This document shows, piece after piece, positions 12,144 through 24,384 of a stretch of DNA of 45,742 nucleotides. A model generated the notes under the pieces. It did no database searches and was not told the origin of the DNA. It worked only from the letters and a program-made list of their open reading frames with translations. The translations under genes and the position numbers were made by a program. Within the stretch, counting starts at the first letter, position 1. Every line of letters begins with the position of its first letter. This stretch comes from Octopus bimaculoides. Taxonomy: Eukaryota. The DNA is taken from assembly GCF_001194135.2 (NCBI RefSeq), contig NC_068982.1, positions 105,403,135-105,448,876 of the forward strand, in the 5' to 3' direction.

Positions 12144-12724
12144 AATTGAAGTATATCATAGAAAGGAGTAAATATCCATCAAATCTAGTTTTAAATGTAA
12201 ATAAACGGGGTAGAATGGAAATGTTTATCATCTAAAGCTTATCTCTCATAAAGGAGATAAAAAGAAGCACCACATGTATAAAGCAATGAAAGATTGTCAC
12301 TGATTTTTGTTAAGAGTTAATATCACAGGAGACTTGATATTCCATTACTTGTTTATTGTCTTTGATACACCAAGGGTCATGTAAAATGTATTCAAATCTA
12401 GATTTGTTTACTGAATGATTTGCAGAATGTTTCTGTCTTCCAAGTGTTACTGTGAGAATAATGATTTTGAGCCAACCAAAAGCACTTCTGTTTTTGAATA
12501 ATACTCCTAATCAAAGCTTGAGTCATCCAAACATGCATACCTGTTGAAATCATTTTCATTCCATCAAACACAACATCACAACTACAACTTATGAATCAGG
12601 AAGTTATATACATTTTCAAGGAATGCTATTTATCAAAAACACTTTATATCACTTGATTACAATGACTGGTGATAAATATCAAAGTGTTCTGGAGATATTA
12701 CAGCAATATGTAATTTAAAAAATG

Positions 12725-13231
12725 TGGACACTAAACTCTGTTTGCGAAGATCTGTTGGGGCAAGTGAAATCGTAATTGAACCATACTCGATGACTGGTCA
12801 CCGCGCCTGTGGAGCACTAACAGCATTGTCGAGCATCTTCATTGCCAGAGCAGCTGTTTGGCTTCCGTGCTAGTGGCCTGTAAATAGCACCATTTGAGCG
12901 TAATCGTTACCAGCGTTGCCTCCTAGCACTTGTGCTGGTGGCACGTTAGAAAATCATTCGAGCGAGGTCCTTGCCAGTGCCGCTGGACTGGCTCCCATGC
13001 AGGTGGCACATAAAAAACACCTTTTTGAGCGTGTGACTAGCCCTCGTGCTGGTGGCACGTAAAAGCACCCACTACACTCTTGGATTGGTTGGCGTTAGGA
13101 AGGGCATCCAGCTGTAGAAACTCTGCCAGATCAGATTGGAGCCTGGTGCAGCCTTCTGGCTTGCCAGTCCTCAGTCAAATCGTCCAACCCATGCTAGCAT
13201 GGAAAGCGGACGGTAAACGATGATGATGATG
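12725..13231 (+). mobile_element. RTE-LINE 3' UTR with ~5 tandem units and tail
   Basis: Homologous to 22780-23258. Confidence 0.9.
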
Positions 13232-13358
13232 TAATTAAGAAAGAATATAAGATAAAGATAATATCCCCATTTATCGATGTTTCGTTAGAACAAACTATAC
13301 TGTGGTAGATGCCATGAGAGAATCTCAGGTGATGTCCAATGTTTATTTCATCCTGATA

Positions 13359-13392
<34 letters not shown>

Positions 13393-13662
13393 ATATGTAT
13401 ATATTAGTGAATTCTGATATTGTTTTTTTAATAGGGTGATATGACCAGGATGAGTGTCTCCAAGGCACTGGAGCTTGTGACATTGTTACACAATCAGAAC
13501 TTAAGCATTGTATTGATTACAAAATCGGGTTTTAGGAGAGTTCATTCATTAAGCCTGCCTAAATAGCACATCTCTCTTAAAACATGATGGAATAATCTTG
13601 ATAAGAAAATCTTAGATCATATATCAACCGACTTGATGCTTAACAACAACAATAACAGCAGC

Positions 13663-13693
<31 letters not shown>

Positions 13694-13961
13694 TTTCCGG
13701 AGGGTAGAAAGCTAAAGACGACCCCAGTGGAATTTTAATTCAGTACATTTAGATTTTAACTCTAAGATAATGAATATGTAATAATACATGTTATTGGAGA
13801 AGCAGCAAACAGTAAACAGTAATAACAGTGTAGAATGTTTAGAAATCATGAAGTGAATAAAACAAGTGTGTTCTTATATCTTGTAGCTTTGTTGGTTTTG
13901 TTAGGCTATTGTTTTATTCTAGATTTTTCAAAAAAACTTTCTAGTGGCGTTCCTGGCTGAC

Positions 13962-13964
<3 letters not shown>

Positions 13965-14028
<64 letters not shown>

Positions 14029-14195
14029 CATATACACACACAGAGGGAGAGAAAGAGAGGCAAACATGCATAGAGTGAGAGAGAGAGATGGAGCAAGTTC
14101 GGGGAGGAGGAAGAGAGAGAGACAGACAGAGAGAGAGGGAGAGAGAGAGAAAGAGAAGAAGAGAGGTAGAGAGAAAGAGAGAGAGAGAGAGTAAG
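13965..14195. repeat. (TA)n(TG)n and (GA)n microsatellites
   Basis: Direct reading. Confidence 0.95.
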
Positions 14196-14699
14196 GGAAA
14201 AAAACAGAGATTTCTTCAGTGTTTTATTCTTAATTGAACTGATACAGTAGACAATGCAGTGAATCTATATGTGTTGTCCATAGTCATCTGCAACTATAGA
14301 TCATTAGATGTAGGTACAAACATAATACATTTTCTAAGGTGTCCAAATCAATGTTGCTGATTGAGTCTGTAATAATAGAGAGTTTGGCATTTCTAGTCAG
14401 TTGATAATATTTTTAGAACTTCTTACAGTAAATGTGCTTTGCTTTTGTTCCCTATCCTCTTAATGTTGTAATTATCACCCTCCCCACTACACATTTTCTA
14501 TATTTTATAATGGCTTGGTTAGCCTTATGAAGCTGAAAATTCAGAAGTGCTTTTATAAGAATCTGCTTTAAAGTTGCATTAACTTGAAGCATCTATAAAA
14601 GTGATGTATAATTAAGACGAGCTGAATAGTGTGTTTTGTTATAAATTAAGAGCATTACTATAAATAATTTCTGTTTCATATTTTTTGTGCTATTTATGA

Positions 14700-14888
14700 A
14701 AGTCATTGCATAGGCATGGTAGACTTGTTACAAAGTTTGTTTCCCAACCATGTGGTTTTTTTGTGTCCAGCTTTCTATGTGGTACTCTGGGCATGTGTCT
14801 TTTACTGTAGCCTTGGTCTTAGGCTGATCAATGTGGCATGAGTGAAACCTGGTAGAGGAAAATTGTATGGAAGCCTATCATGTATGTG

Positions 14889-14960
<72 letters not shown>

Positions 14961-14965
14961 AACAC
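14700..14965 (+). mobile_element. Degenerate SINE family B head followed by (ATCT)n
   Basis: GGCATGG...CCCAACCATGTGGTT...GGAAGCCTATC. Confidence 0.65.
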
Positions 14966-15029
14966 GTCTATCAATTTATCTATGCCTACATACATACACT
15001 AGGATTGCTCCATCTTCACAGATAATTGC

Positions 15030-15300
15030 TGTTTCTCTGAGCTTCCTTGTTACCAATGATGCTTCTGACATTCCATATATGATCTCTCAGATGACTATTC
15101 AGTTCTGCTGCAGATTTGCATCGTCTTAAGAATAGGTGACAAACAAAAGACATAACTTCCACTGGATTGATTGGGTCATTTTGTGAGATATGTTCTCCGT
15201 GAACTGCCATGTGTTTCTTCAGACTTGAAATCAAGAAACAAACCCTTTTGCACTGCACATGCCAAATCACCAAGTCTCAGAGGAAGGACATTACATACAG
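15030..15300 (-). mobile_element. RTE-type LINE ORF2 C-terminal zinc-finger remnant
   Basis: ACAVQKGL then, frameshifted, FVCHLFLRRCKSAAELNSHLRDH; resembles the single CCHH finger ending RTE ORF2. Confidence 0.55.
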
Positions 15301-15414
15301 TTGATCTTTCCTTCATACTTACACACACACACATGCACTCACACACACACACACACATACACAAACACACACAATCTCACACACACACACACACACACAC
15401 AAAATATATAGATT

Positions 15415-16622
15415 CAAGGTAATCCAAAATATGTATATACACATTGAATAATTGTAAAGTCAGTGTTTATTGAAATGCATTTCATTTTCAAAATTTGATA
15501 AAATCTTCAGGCAGAATTTAATTTTTTAATGAATGCTTGTTTTCAAACTGATAACTATTCTGCTCCAGGCATTGCTGATAGCATGAACTAATGGAATTTC
15601 AAACATCAAGATAGATTTCATTCAGTAATTGCGAGCATTCTTGTTCAATGGCTGTCCTCAATTCATTAACTGTTGCTGTAAACTTTATCTTTTTAGCATC
15701 TCTATAAAGAAAAATTCTAGTGGTATGAGGTTCAGTGAATGTAGAGGGTATTCTACTAAACCACTTGTCCAATTCACCTGTTTGGCAAAATCTCATGAAA
15801 GTAGGCTCTTACATTATTATTTTTGTGTGGAATTTTCCAAGAAATATAACTCCACATCTTCAAGGTCCTCTTGAGTACTTGGCATGACAGATTGTTACAA
15901 GTTCAAGAATACTGGACCAATTACAGTACTGTCAAAAGAGAATGGTCCAATTAATCCTTTTGAGATGATAAGTAGCACCATGTTATAATTCCTGGTAAAT
16001 TAACAAGATATTCCTCTATAATATACAGATTCTCAGGTGTCCAGTAGAATCTATTGTGGTGGATAATTGAGCCATTTTGTTGAAATGTAGCCTGATTACT
16101 CCAAACAACCTTTGTTGAAAAGTGTGGATCTTCTATACAACTTGTCAAGTGTTACAAAACTCCACTCATCTTCATTGAGAACCTGAACTATTCTTGGAGT
16201 GCAACTTTTCTAATGACAGTTCTTTGAAATGTGATGGGTGTTTGATTTTGAAATTCCTATCTCATGACTTGCTTGCAGCACAAATTTTCTTGAACTATGA
16301 CGATATGTTTCTAATACTCTTTCTTGCTTTGTGGGACCAGTCAGTATCTACCAGAACGTTTCTTGTGCTCATCCTCAACAGTTCCATCTGCTTCAAACTT
16401 ATCTATAATTAAAATGATGGTAAATTGCATAAGTAGATCTGTTTGAAACTCCTTCCTAAACTGTCTTTGCACTTCAACTGTGTTTTCAAACTTCCAATTG
16501 CATTTTAGTTAAAGCTTAGTCAGACTCTCTTCACTTATGCTAATGGCTTTGAATTTAAAAAGAGATGAAAAGTAAGTGTTATTAGCTGTTTAAATGTATA
16601 TATATTTTTGAGACACCCTATG
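15415..16622 (-). mobile_element. Decayed Tc1/mariner-superfamily transposon, probably DD41D (rosa-like)
   Basis: KVVWSNQATFQQNGS..HNRFYWTPEN, NNVRAY..ILPNR*IG, EYPLHSLNLIPLEFF, ATVNELRTAIEQEC; degenerate TIRs near 15415 and 16622; many stops. Confidence 0.75.
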
Positions 16623-16874
16623 TATATGTGTATGTGTGTGTGTGTGTGTGTATGTGTGATTTCATGTGTGAGCACTTGTTTCTATATATCTCTACATTGA
16701 CACTGTTTGTGCAAAAAATGGTAAAATTGTTTATGCCACCAATAAATAAAATGTTCCATAGCTCTGTAGTTTCATTGTTTTTCAATATGTGAGGATCAGT
16801 GAAACAAGAAAACCTTACTTACAAAACAAGTAAGTGTTGCTGACTGGAAGGACATCTGGTTTAAGAAAACTGCT

Positions 16875-17081
16875 TCGATGATGATAATGATGATAACAAT
16901 GATGATGATGATGATGATGATGACGATGATGGTGATGGTGAGGGTGATGGTGGTGGTGGTGGTGGTGGAGGTGATGGTGATGATGATGACGATGATGATG
17001 GTGAGGAGGAGGAGGACAATCATGATGGCGATGGTGATGATAATTTTTATTTAACCATATTTCAGAAAATATAGGATAAAT

Positions 17082-17127
<46 letters not shown>

Positions 17128-17145
17128 TGTGTGTGTGTGTGTGTA
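16875..17145. repeat. (GAT/GGT)n, (TA)n and (TG)n microsatellites
   Basis: Direct reading. Confidence 0.95.
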
Positions 17146-17714
17146 ATAAAATATACTAAATTTACATCTTTAATTACTCATACTCAAACAGAAAAATAAC
17201 TACCAATCCTCTTAAATGCCAACCAGTTACAAAATTAATCAGTCTATTGGATTTTTTTTTTTTTCATTTTATTGGTTTGGTTTAGCAGAAAGGTTGTGCC
17301 CATATCTTCTACATGCCTGCCTTCCAAATCAATGAAACTGAAAGAGTTATGATGCAAATTGATCACTATAGATGATTTAACGTAAGCAAATCCATACAAA
17401 GCAGATTAGGTTAGCTTTCCTATGCATCATTTTTGTAATCCTTAATTTAAAGGGGTAATATTCCAATCATAAGCATGTTTCACACTTTAGAAGCTGTTGA
17501 CTCATGCAGTTGATTTATTCTTCTTTTATAATAAAGGACTTCTGTTCCATCACATGTTAATATGAATGAGCAGAGGAGTCTTGGGATCTCATGTAATTTT
17601 ACTGTTGGTATTTATTATAACAATTTAAGATGATTATAGATTGTTCCAATACAATACTTTCTACACAACCAAAGAAAGAGCATTTTGAAGAAATGACAAT
17701 AAGTTAGTAATTCA

Positions 17715-17845
17715 GGCTCTGTGGTAAGAAGTTTGCTTCTCAACCATATAGAGTGGATCCTGGACAAGTGTCTTCTGCTATAGCCCCAGTCTGATCAAAG
17801 CCATGTGAGTAGATTTGATAGAGGGAAACTGAAAGAAGCTCATCT
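17715..17845 (+). mobile_element. SINE family B 5' module, internally deleted
   Basis: GGCTCTGTGGTAAGAAG...GAAACTGAAAGAAGC. Confidence 0.8.
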
Positions 17846-18132
17846 TATATTTCCGTCTGCCACTATCCTCCACGAAAAAAGTTTAATTTGTGTTCATGGG
17901 AAGAGCCATTTTAACGATGCGTCCTGCCCTAACTCTTCAAAACGCCAGTGTTTTAATGGTGGCAGTTGATGAAGGATATGTTCTCTATGTGGCCTGCTTG
18001 TTTTTTGTAGCTTGTTTATCATTTTGTCTATGTTTTTTTGTAATGTCATGTACCCAGATATGTATCTATATGTACATGTAGATGAAGGTATGTACATACA
18101 TGTACATATATATGCATATACTCATATATTGT

Positions 18133-18377
18133 TTACTCTTTTACTCTTTTACTTGTTTCAGTCATTTGACTGTGGCCATGCTGGAGCACCACCTTTAGTC
18201 GAGCAAATCGACCCCAGGACTTATTCTTTGTAAGCCTAGTACTTATTCTATCGTCTCTTTTGCCGAACCGCTAAGTTACGGGGACGTAAACACACCAGAA
18301 TCGGTTGTCAAGCGATGTTGGGGGGACAAACACAGACACGCAAACATATACACACACATACATATATACACATATAT
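18133..18377 (-). mobile_element. SINE family B 3' module running into the gap
   Basis: Near-identical to 23963-24160. Confidence 0.9.
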
Positions 18378-18992
18378 NNNNNNNNNNNNNNNNNNNNNNN
18401 NNNNNNNNNNNNNNNNNNNNNNNNNNNNNNNNNNNNNNNNNNNNNNNNNNNNNNNNNNNNNNNNNNNNNNNNNNNNNNNNNNNNNNNNNNNNNNNNNNNN
18501 NNNNNNNNNNNNNNNNNNNNNNNNNNNNNNNNNNNNNNNNNNNNNNNNNNNNNNNNNNNNNNNNNNNNNNNNNNNNNNNNNNNNNNNNNNNNNNNNNNNN
18601 NNNNNNNNNNNNNNNNNNNNNNNNNNNNNNNNNNNNNNNNNNNNNNNNNNNNNNNNNNNNNNNNNNNNNNNNNNNNNNNNNNNNNNNNNNNNNNNNNNNN
18701 NNNNNNNNNNNNNNNNNNNNNNNNNNNNNNNNNNNNNNNNNNNNNNNNNNNNNNNNNNNNNNNNNNNNNNNNNNNNNNNNNNNNNNNNNNNNNNNNNNNN
18801 NNNNNNNNNNNNNNNNNNNNNNNNNNNNNNNNNNNNNNNNNNNNNNNNNNNNNNNNNNNNNNNNNNNNNNNNNNNNNNNNNNNNNNNNNNNNNNNNNNNN
18901 NNNNNNNNNNNNNNNNNNNNNNNNNNNNNNNNNNNNNNNNNNNNNNNNNNNNNNNNNNNNNNNNNNNNNNNNNNNNNNNNNNNNNNNNNNNN
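18378..18992. other. Assembly gap (615 N)
   Basis: N run. Confidence 1.
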
Positions 18993-19295
18993 GTGAGGCC
19001 CAATGTTCAAAGGTTTTGCCTCACCACCTCAGCCCAGGTCCTCCTGGGCCTACCTCTTCCACGGGTTCCCTCAACTGTTAGGGTGTGGCACTTTTTCACG
19101 CAGCTATCCTCATTCATTCTCACCACATGTCCAAACCAGTGCAATCGTCTCTCTTGCACACCACAACTGATGCTTCTTATGTTCAGCTTTTCTCTCAAGA
19201 TACTTACACTCTGACGGGTATGCACATTGACATTACACATCCAGCGGAGCATACTGGCTTCATTCCTTGCGAGCTTATGCATGTCCTCAGCAATC
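18993..19295 (-). mobile_element. RTE-LINE ORF2 C-terminal fragment
   Basis: RNEASMLRWMC...RRLHWFGHVVRM...GTRGRGRPRRTW. Confidence 0.95.
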
Positions 19296-19329
19296 ACATA
19301 TATATGTATATATGCATACATCTATATGT

Positions 19330-19560
19330 GTGTGTGTCTATGTGTCTGTGTTTGTTCCCCACTACCACTTGACAACCAGTTCTGGTTTGTTTACATCCCC
19401 GTAACTTAGCAGTTCAGCAAGGGAGATAGAATAGATATGTGGTTTTAAAAAAAAGTACTAGGATCAATTTGTTTGACTAAATCCTTCAAGGTGGTGCCCC
19501 AGCATGGTCATACTCCAACGACTGAAACAATACAAATAATAAAAGATAAAAGATAAAAAA
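19330..19560 (+). mobile_element. SINE family B 3' module
   Basis: CTTGACAACC...GTAACTTAGC...CCCCAGCATGG...GACTGAAAC. Confidence 0.8.
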
Positions 19561-19798
19561 TAAATCAAAAAGTTTTTCATTAACAATGCAAAAAATAACA
19601 AAATAATATATAACTGTTCCCAAAACAGCATTCCTCTCCTTTTTTGAGTGGTGATAGTTTCTAAAATTGTTAATTGCATTTATAGTAGAGTGACGATTTG
19701 ATTGGCCTCCACCAGCTTCTGCTTCCAAACTTATGTTAATATCATTGCCGTTGTTATCATCACATTGCATAACATAATTTTTGTCCTTGAATAGCAAC

Positions 19799-20207
19799 TG
19801 TTATTTCCTATTTGCTTACCCCTCGAAAGTATGAAAATGGCTAATATTTCCTTCAAACTTTGCTTTTGTTATGATATTTATTCAAACCCTAAAGAATCCC
19901 TTTCAACACATGGCTATGATGCTCCTCCACTACTCCTGCTCATGATCAGAGATGTACATATTGTCAGCCACTAAGGAACATGTTCAAGTCTTTGAGGTCA
20001 AGCAACTGACAAGCAAATCTATGTTATTGAGCAGAATATTTGCTACAATGGTATTTCTGTTTCAGCAACTCAGTGCTGTATATGTTTGAAATGTAATGGA
20101 AAACAGGTCAGTTTCAAAATATTGATGTCCAGGTCACAAACACAGAGTTTGAAGGGAATAGTAATCATTTCCTTTGATTTCTAGACAGAAGCAAATAGGA
20201 AATAACA
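19799..20207. mobile_element. Inverted-repeat (MITE-like) element
   Basis: Perfect 19 bp inverted ends TGTTATTTCCTATTTGCTT (19799-19817, 20189-20207), extending imperfectly to ~75 bp. Confidence 0.6.
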
Positions 20208-21057
20208 CTCACTGACCAAAGACAAATAAAGATATATATATATATTGTTACACTGTTATTGCTGTATAAGTAGTTATATTACAGTAAAGGTTTCCAGTTT
20301 TATTTGTGTTATCTTTAGTTTTGGATAAATGGACTGATGAGACTTTATCACATTCCCTTTTGTAAATAGAATTAAGATGTAATGGTAGGAAAGTACTTCA
20401 GTCATTGGTGTTTTTATTAAGATTTACTGATTTCTAAAAGGAAATCCAATTCAGTAGGAGTTTTACCAATGTCAGAGAATCAAGGATAAAAAATCATCTG
20501 AACTTTTTACTTTAGAACAATATGCAAAGTTAAGCACTACACTTGAAGGTTATTGCATGTTTAACACAGTAGGAAGCAATGATTATTAAAATGACTGAGG
20601 GTTTTTTATCCTATTGTTTTATCATTCTTTTTCCTCTCATTTTTATTTATGAGGCATAAGAGTAGTTTTCCAAATTACTCCATTGTGATATTCATTCTGT
20701 GTATTTAATGAAAATTAATAAGTTGTCACTCTAGTTTTATGAATCTTCTTAAAAATTCCCCAAATTCAATATTATTAAATTGGCTACCATGGTTACTTTG
20801 AATAAAGCTTGGCTCTCTGAATGAAGTGAATTATAAGGAGAAACATTTAAAGTTAGCTTGAAAAGTTGCTTTGCTTAAGGCAAATGAAGAACAGTAATTT
20901 GTAAACTCATTAAGTACAGTTGAATATAATAGCTACCCATTTTAATAATTGGCATTGGTCCAAGAATAATAAGAATCAGTCAATGTTAAGGTTTTATTGA
21001 TAATATAAATTGGCTAAAGGCAACTTTAATGAAATGATGCTTTAATTTGTACATATA

Positions 21058-21290
21058 TCAGGCATGGCTGTGTGGTTAAGAAGTCTGCTTCAGAATCATA
21101 TGGTTTTGAGTTCAGTCCTACAGTGTGACATCTTAAGCAAGTGTTACCTGTTATAACCTTGGCTTGTCTAATGTATTGTGATGGAATTTGATTGACAGAA
21201 ACTGTGCAGAAGCTCATGTTGTATGTGTATATGTGTGTATTTGTATATGTGTGTATATGTATGTGTGTGTGTGTGTGTGTGTTTCTGTGT
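21058..21290 (+). mobile_element. SINE family B 5' module followed by (TG)n
   Basis: GGCATGGCTGTGTGGTTAAGAAG...GAGTTCAGTCC. Confidence 0.8.
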
Positions 21291-21454
21291 ATGTTTTTGC
21301 TAATGAAGATCATGGCATATTTCCTGTTCCTTTGCCATTATCTATTTTCATGTTATGTTCTGTACTCAACTAATGCTTTATTTTGAAGCATATGTGTATC
21401 GAGTTCTAACACCAGGTTATTAGTAGCGTGATATCTAAGCAAAACTCTAAAATA

Positions 21455-21496
<42 letters not shown>

Positions 21497-21619
21497 CGTG
21501 TGCGTGTGCGCGCGCATGTGCACACTTGTGTATGTATTTCCATTTTTAATTCAGTGCAAAATTCTGTCTGACCAATGCAAGCATGGAAAAGAGGACATTA
21601 AAAATATGTGGTGATGATG

Positions 21620-21747
21620 ATGATTCACATACTTATTGCAGCAGTCCTTCAGTTTTTCTAAGCCCTGTAAAAGAACTCAGAAGGTTGGTCCACCAACCAG
21701 GCCTTTCAAGATACCCTAAAAGCCAAGAACTTTTCAGCACCCACTCA
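21620..21747 (-). mobile_element. Non-autonomous mariner remnant
   Basis: TA|TGAGTGGGTGCTGAAAAGTTCTTGGCT TIR-like end; FLQGLEKLKDCCNKYV resembles a mariner C-terminus. Confidence 0.55.
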
Positions 21748-22779
21748 TACATTTAGATTCACTCTTTCTAAACAGCATCACACTTCATATGAGAACTTTG
21801 GGAGCTGTATTCTACAACAGCACAATTTTAGTATTATTGACAGCAGATTTAGGTTGCAATCAGACAGAACAGCTGCTGCTTTTTGTATTGCAACAAGTTT
21901 GAATTTTTGTGTTAAAAGTTAATGTCATATTTTATCAACTGATTTGATTATTGCAAACGCTTATATACTCTAAAGCAAGTGAATTTTTTTCTGATATAAA
22001 TTCAAGCTAGAAACAAATTGGTTGTCCATTTTGCATTAGGACACAGACAGATCTGTTTAAAGAGTAAAAAATTAATCAAGTGTCAGAACAGATAATGATG
22101 AAACTATTGCAACATCGTTTTTCAGTTTCTTAATTGCATAAAAGTATTTGACCAATATTTGAAAATGCTAATATGTTTAATTCCAAGTAAGGTTGTTGCT
22201 ATTTCTGTAAAATCTTTCATCCATTTTCAGTAATATCGGAAAAATTCCATTATAATGAAATAAATCAGGTAGGGAAAAAATTTGCTGTGATGAAAAATTT
22301 ATCATTATCAAATTACCAAAAACAAATCGTATTCCTGTAGTCCATGAATTTCTACTGTTCTATATATTCTTATGGTTTGTGACAGAATTATTACGATTCT
22401 TTGTTAATTGTTTTAATTATTTATATATTAATTACATGTGTGTCTTTGTAGTTAAAAAGCTCACTTTGCAACTACATGGTTTCAAGTTCAGTCTAACCAA
22501 TGCCTTGTGAGTAAATTTGGTAGATAGATATGTGGAAACTTGGCATAAACATGGCTTGAATAGAAAATACAGATGACTCAATGATCGGTCAATAAAATTT
22601 ATTAATTAATGCATCAAACACAGTTCATCCCATATTGAGATTAGATGGACAATTCTGATAATATTACAGGTGCTATACAACTCTATTTCAATAGCAGCAA
22701 ACATTGCTTATGATATGATAACCAAATCTGTAAATAAAAAGGTTGGAAAGGGTAATCAAGTACTACAACTGTTTTAAAA

Positions 22780-23258
22780 GCGAAAGCGAAATCGTGATGG
22801 CACCTGTACCAGTGGAGGACTAAGAGCACTGTCCGAGCGTGATCGCTGCCAGAGTAGCTGTCTGGCTTCCGTGCCAGTGGCACATAAATAGCACTATTTG
22901 AGCGTGATCGTTACCAACGTCGCCTTCCTGGCACTTGTGCTGGTGGCACGTAAAAAGACATTTGAGTGAGATTGTTGCCAGTGCTGTTGGACTGGCTCCT
23001 GTGCAGGTGGCACATAAAATACACCATTTCGAGCGTGGCCGTTGCCAGTACCGCCTGACTGGCCTTCGTGCCGGTGGCACGTAAAAGCACCCACTACACT
23101 CTTGGAGTTGTTGGCGTTAGGAAGGGCATCCAGCTGTAGAAACTCTGCCAAATCAGATTGGAGCCTGGTGTAGCCACCTGGTCCACCAGTCCTCAGTCAA
23201 ATCGTCCAACCCATGCTAGCATGGAAAGCGGACGTTAAACAATGATGATAATGATGAT
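22780..23258 (+). mobile_element. RTE-LINE 3' UTR with ~5 tandem ~65 bp units and tail
   Basis: GTGGCAC at 22877, 22943, 23007 and 23074; (GAT)n tail. Confidence 0.9.
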
Positions 23259-23495
23259 TAGGTGCATCTTACATAAGACTTCAAATGTCTTGTAGCTGTC
23301 TGGTGTACTTTTTAATCAGGTACTTATGGTTGATTTGTTGAAAATAGTCGTGTGATGGAGAATGCATTATAGTAGACTATTTTCGATTAAATAATCACAA
23401 GTACTATGAAACATTTGTAATGTTATCATTTGTAATACACCTGATATACTTTTGAAACAATTGCAGTATTTGATTACCTCTTTCATTCCTTTTAT

Positions 23496-23499
<4 letters not shown>

Positions 23500-23556
<57 letters not shown>

Positions 23557-23835
23557 CATGTGTGCGTGTGTGTGTTGTGTGTGTGTGTGTGTGCGTGCGT
23601 GTGTGTGTGTGTGTGTTTTTGTGTCTTTGTGCTTGTGTGTGTCCCCTATCATCACTTGACAAATGGTGTTGGTTTGTTTATGTTCCTATAACTTAACAGT
23701 TCAGTAAAAAAGAACAATAGAATAAGTACCAGACTTGAAATAAAAACTGGGCTGATTAGGTCAACTAAACCGTTCAAAGTGGTGCCCCAACATGGCCACA
23801 GTCCAATGACTGAAACAAATAAAAGATAAAAGATA
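23500..23835 (+). mobile_element. (TG)n tract followed by SINE family B 3' module
   Basis: CACTTGACAAATGGTGTTGG...CATGGCCACAGTCCAATGACTGAAAC. Confidence 0.8.
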
Positions 23836-23962
23836 AGATTTCAGACTGTAAAAGTGAAAATCCTCTTCAGACACAGACAGCTTTGCATTGAGTGCACTTG
23901 TCTGACATAACTGTGTGTTAACAGACTATCTCTTTACTGCTACTGTATATACTTGTGGATAG

Positions 23963-24169
23963 GTTACTCTTTTACTTGTTTCAGTCATTTTGACTGCAGC
24001 CATGCTGGAGCACCGCCTTTAGTCGAGCAAATCGACCCCAGGACTTATTCTTTGTAAGCCTAGTACTTATTCTATCGATCTCTTTTTGCCGAACCGTTAA
24101 GTTACGGGGATGTAAACACACCAGTATCGGTTGTCAAGCGAAGTTGGGGGGACAAACACAGATACACAA

Positions 24170-24214
<45 letters not shown>

Positions 24215-24369
24215 CGACGGGCTTCTTTCAGTTTCCGTCTACCAAATCCACTCACAAGGCTTTGGTCAGCCCGAGGCTATAGTAGAAGACACTTGCCCAA
24301 GGTGCTACACAGTGGGACTGAACCCGGAACCATGTGGTTAGTAAGCAAGCTACTTACTACACAGCCACT
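23963..24369 (-). mobile_element. Complete bipartite SINE family B with (CA)/(TA) core
   Basis: Head 24216-24369, microsatellite ~24160-24215, 3' module 23963-24160. Confidence 0.92.
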
Positions 24370-24384
24370 ATGAAAAAATTCAAT

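Noticed and set aside
13265-13335. Minus-strand CTGAGA...GAAACATCGATA
   Set aside because: Incomplete core and no valid stem III or cleavage triplet
15016-15273. Possible host C2H2 zinc-finger gene
   Set aside because: Single degenerate finger with no TGEKP linker, frameshifted, and preceded by an RTE-like AVQKG segment; better explained as a LINE C-terminus
17289-17381. Exon candidate with good splice sites
   Set aside because: Stops in all three frames; a non-coding or terminal exon cannot be excluded
1138-19214. Long ORFs containing X runs (1138-1941, 18276-19214)
   Set aside because: They span assembly N gaps
22780-23090. CRISPR-like periodic array
   Set aside because: Whole units are homologous with no unique spacers, there are no cas genes, and the context is a eukaryotic LINE 3' UTR
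23340-23392. GAAAATAGTC/GACTATTTTC hairpin resembling hammerhead stem III
   Set aside because: No CUGANGA core on either strand; an isolated 10 bp inverted repeat
23835-23875. Minus-strand CTGAAGA...GAAA hammerhead-like match
   Set aside because: Stem I cannot form
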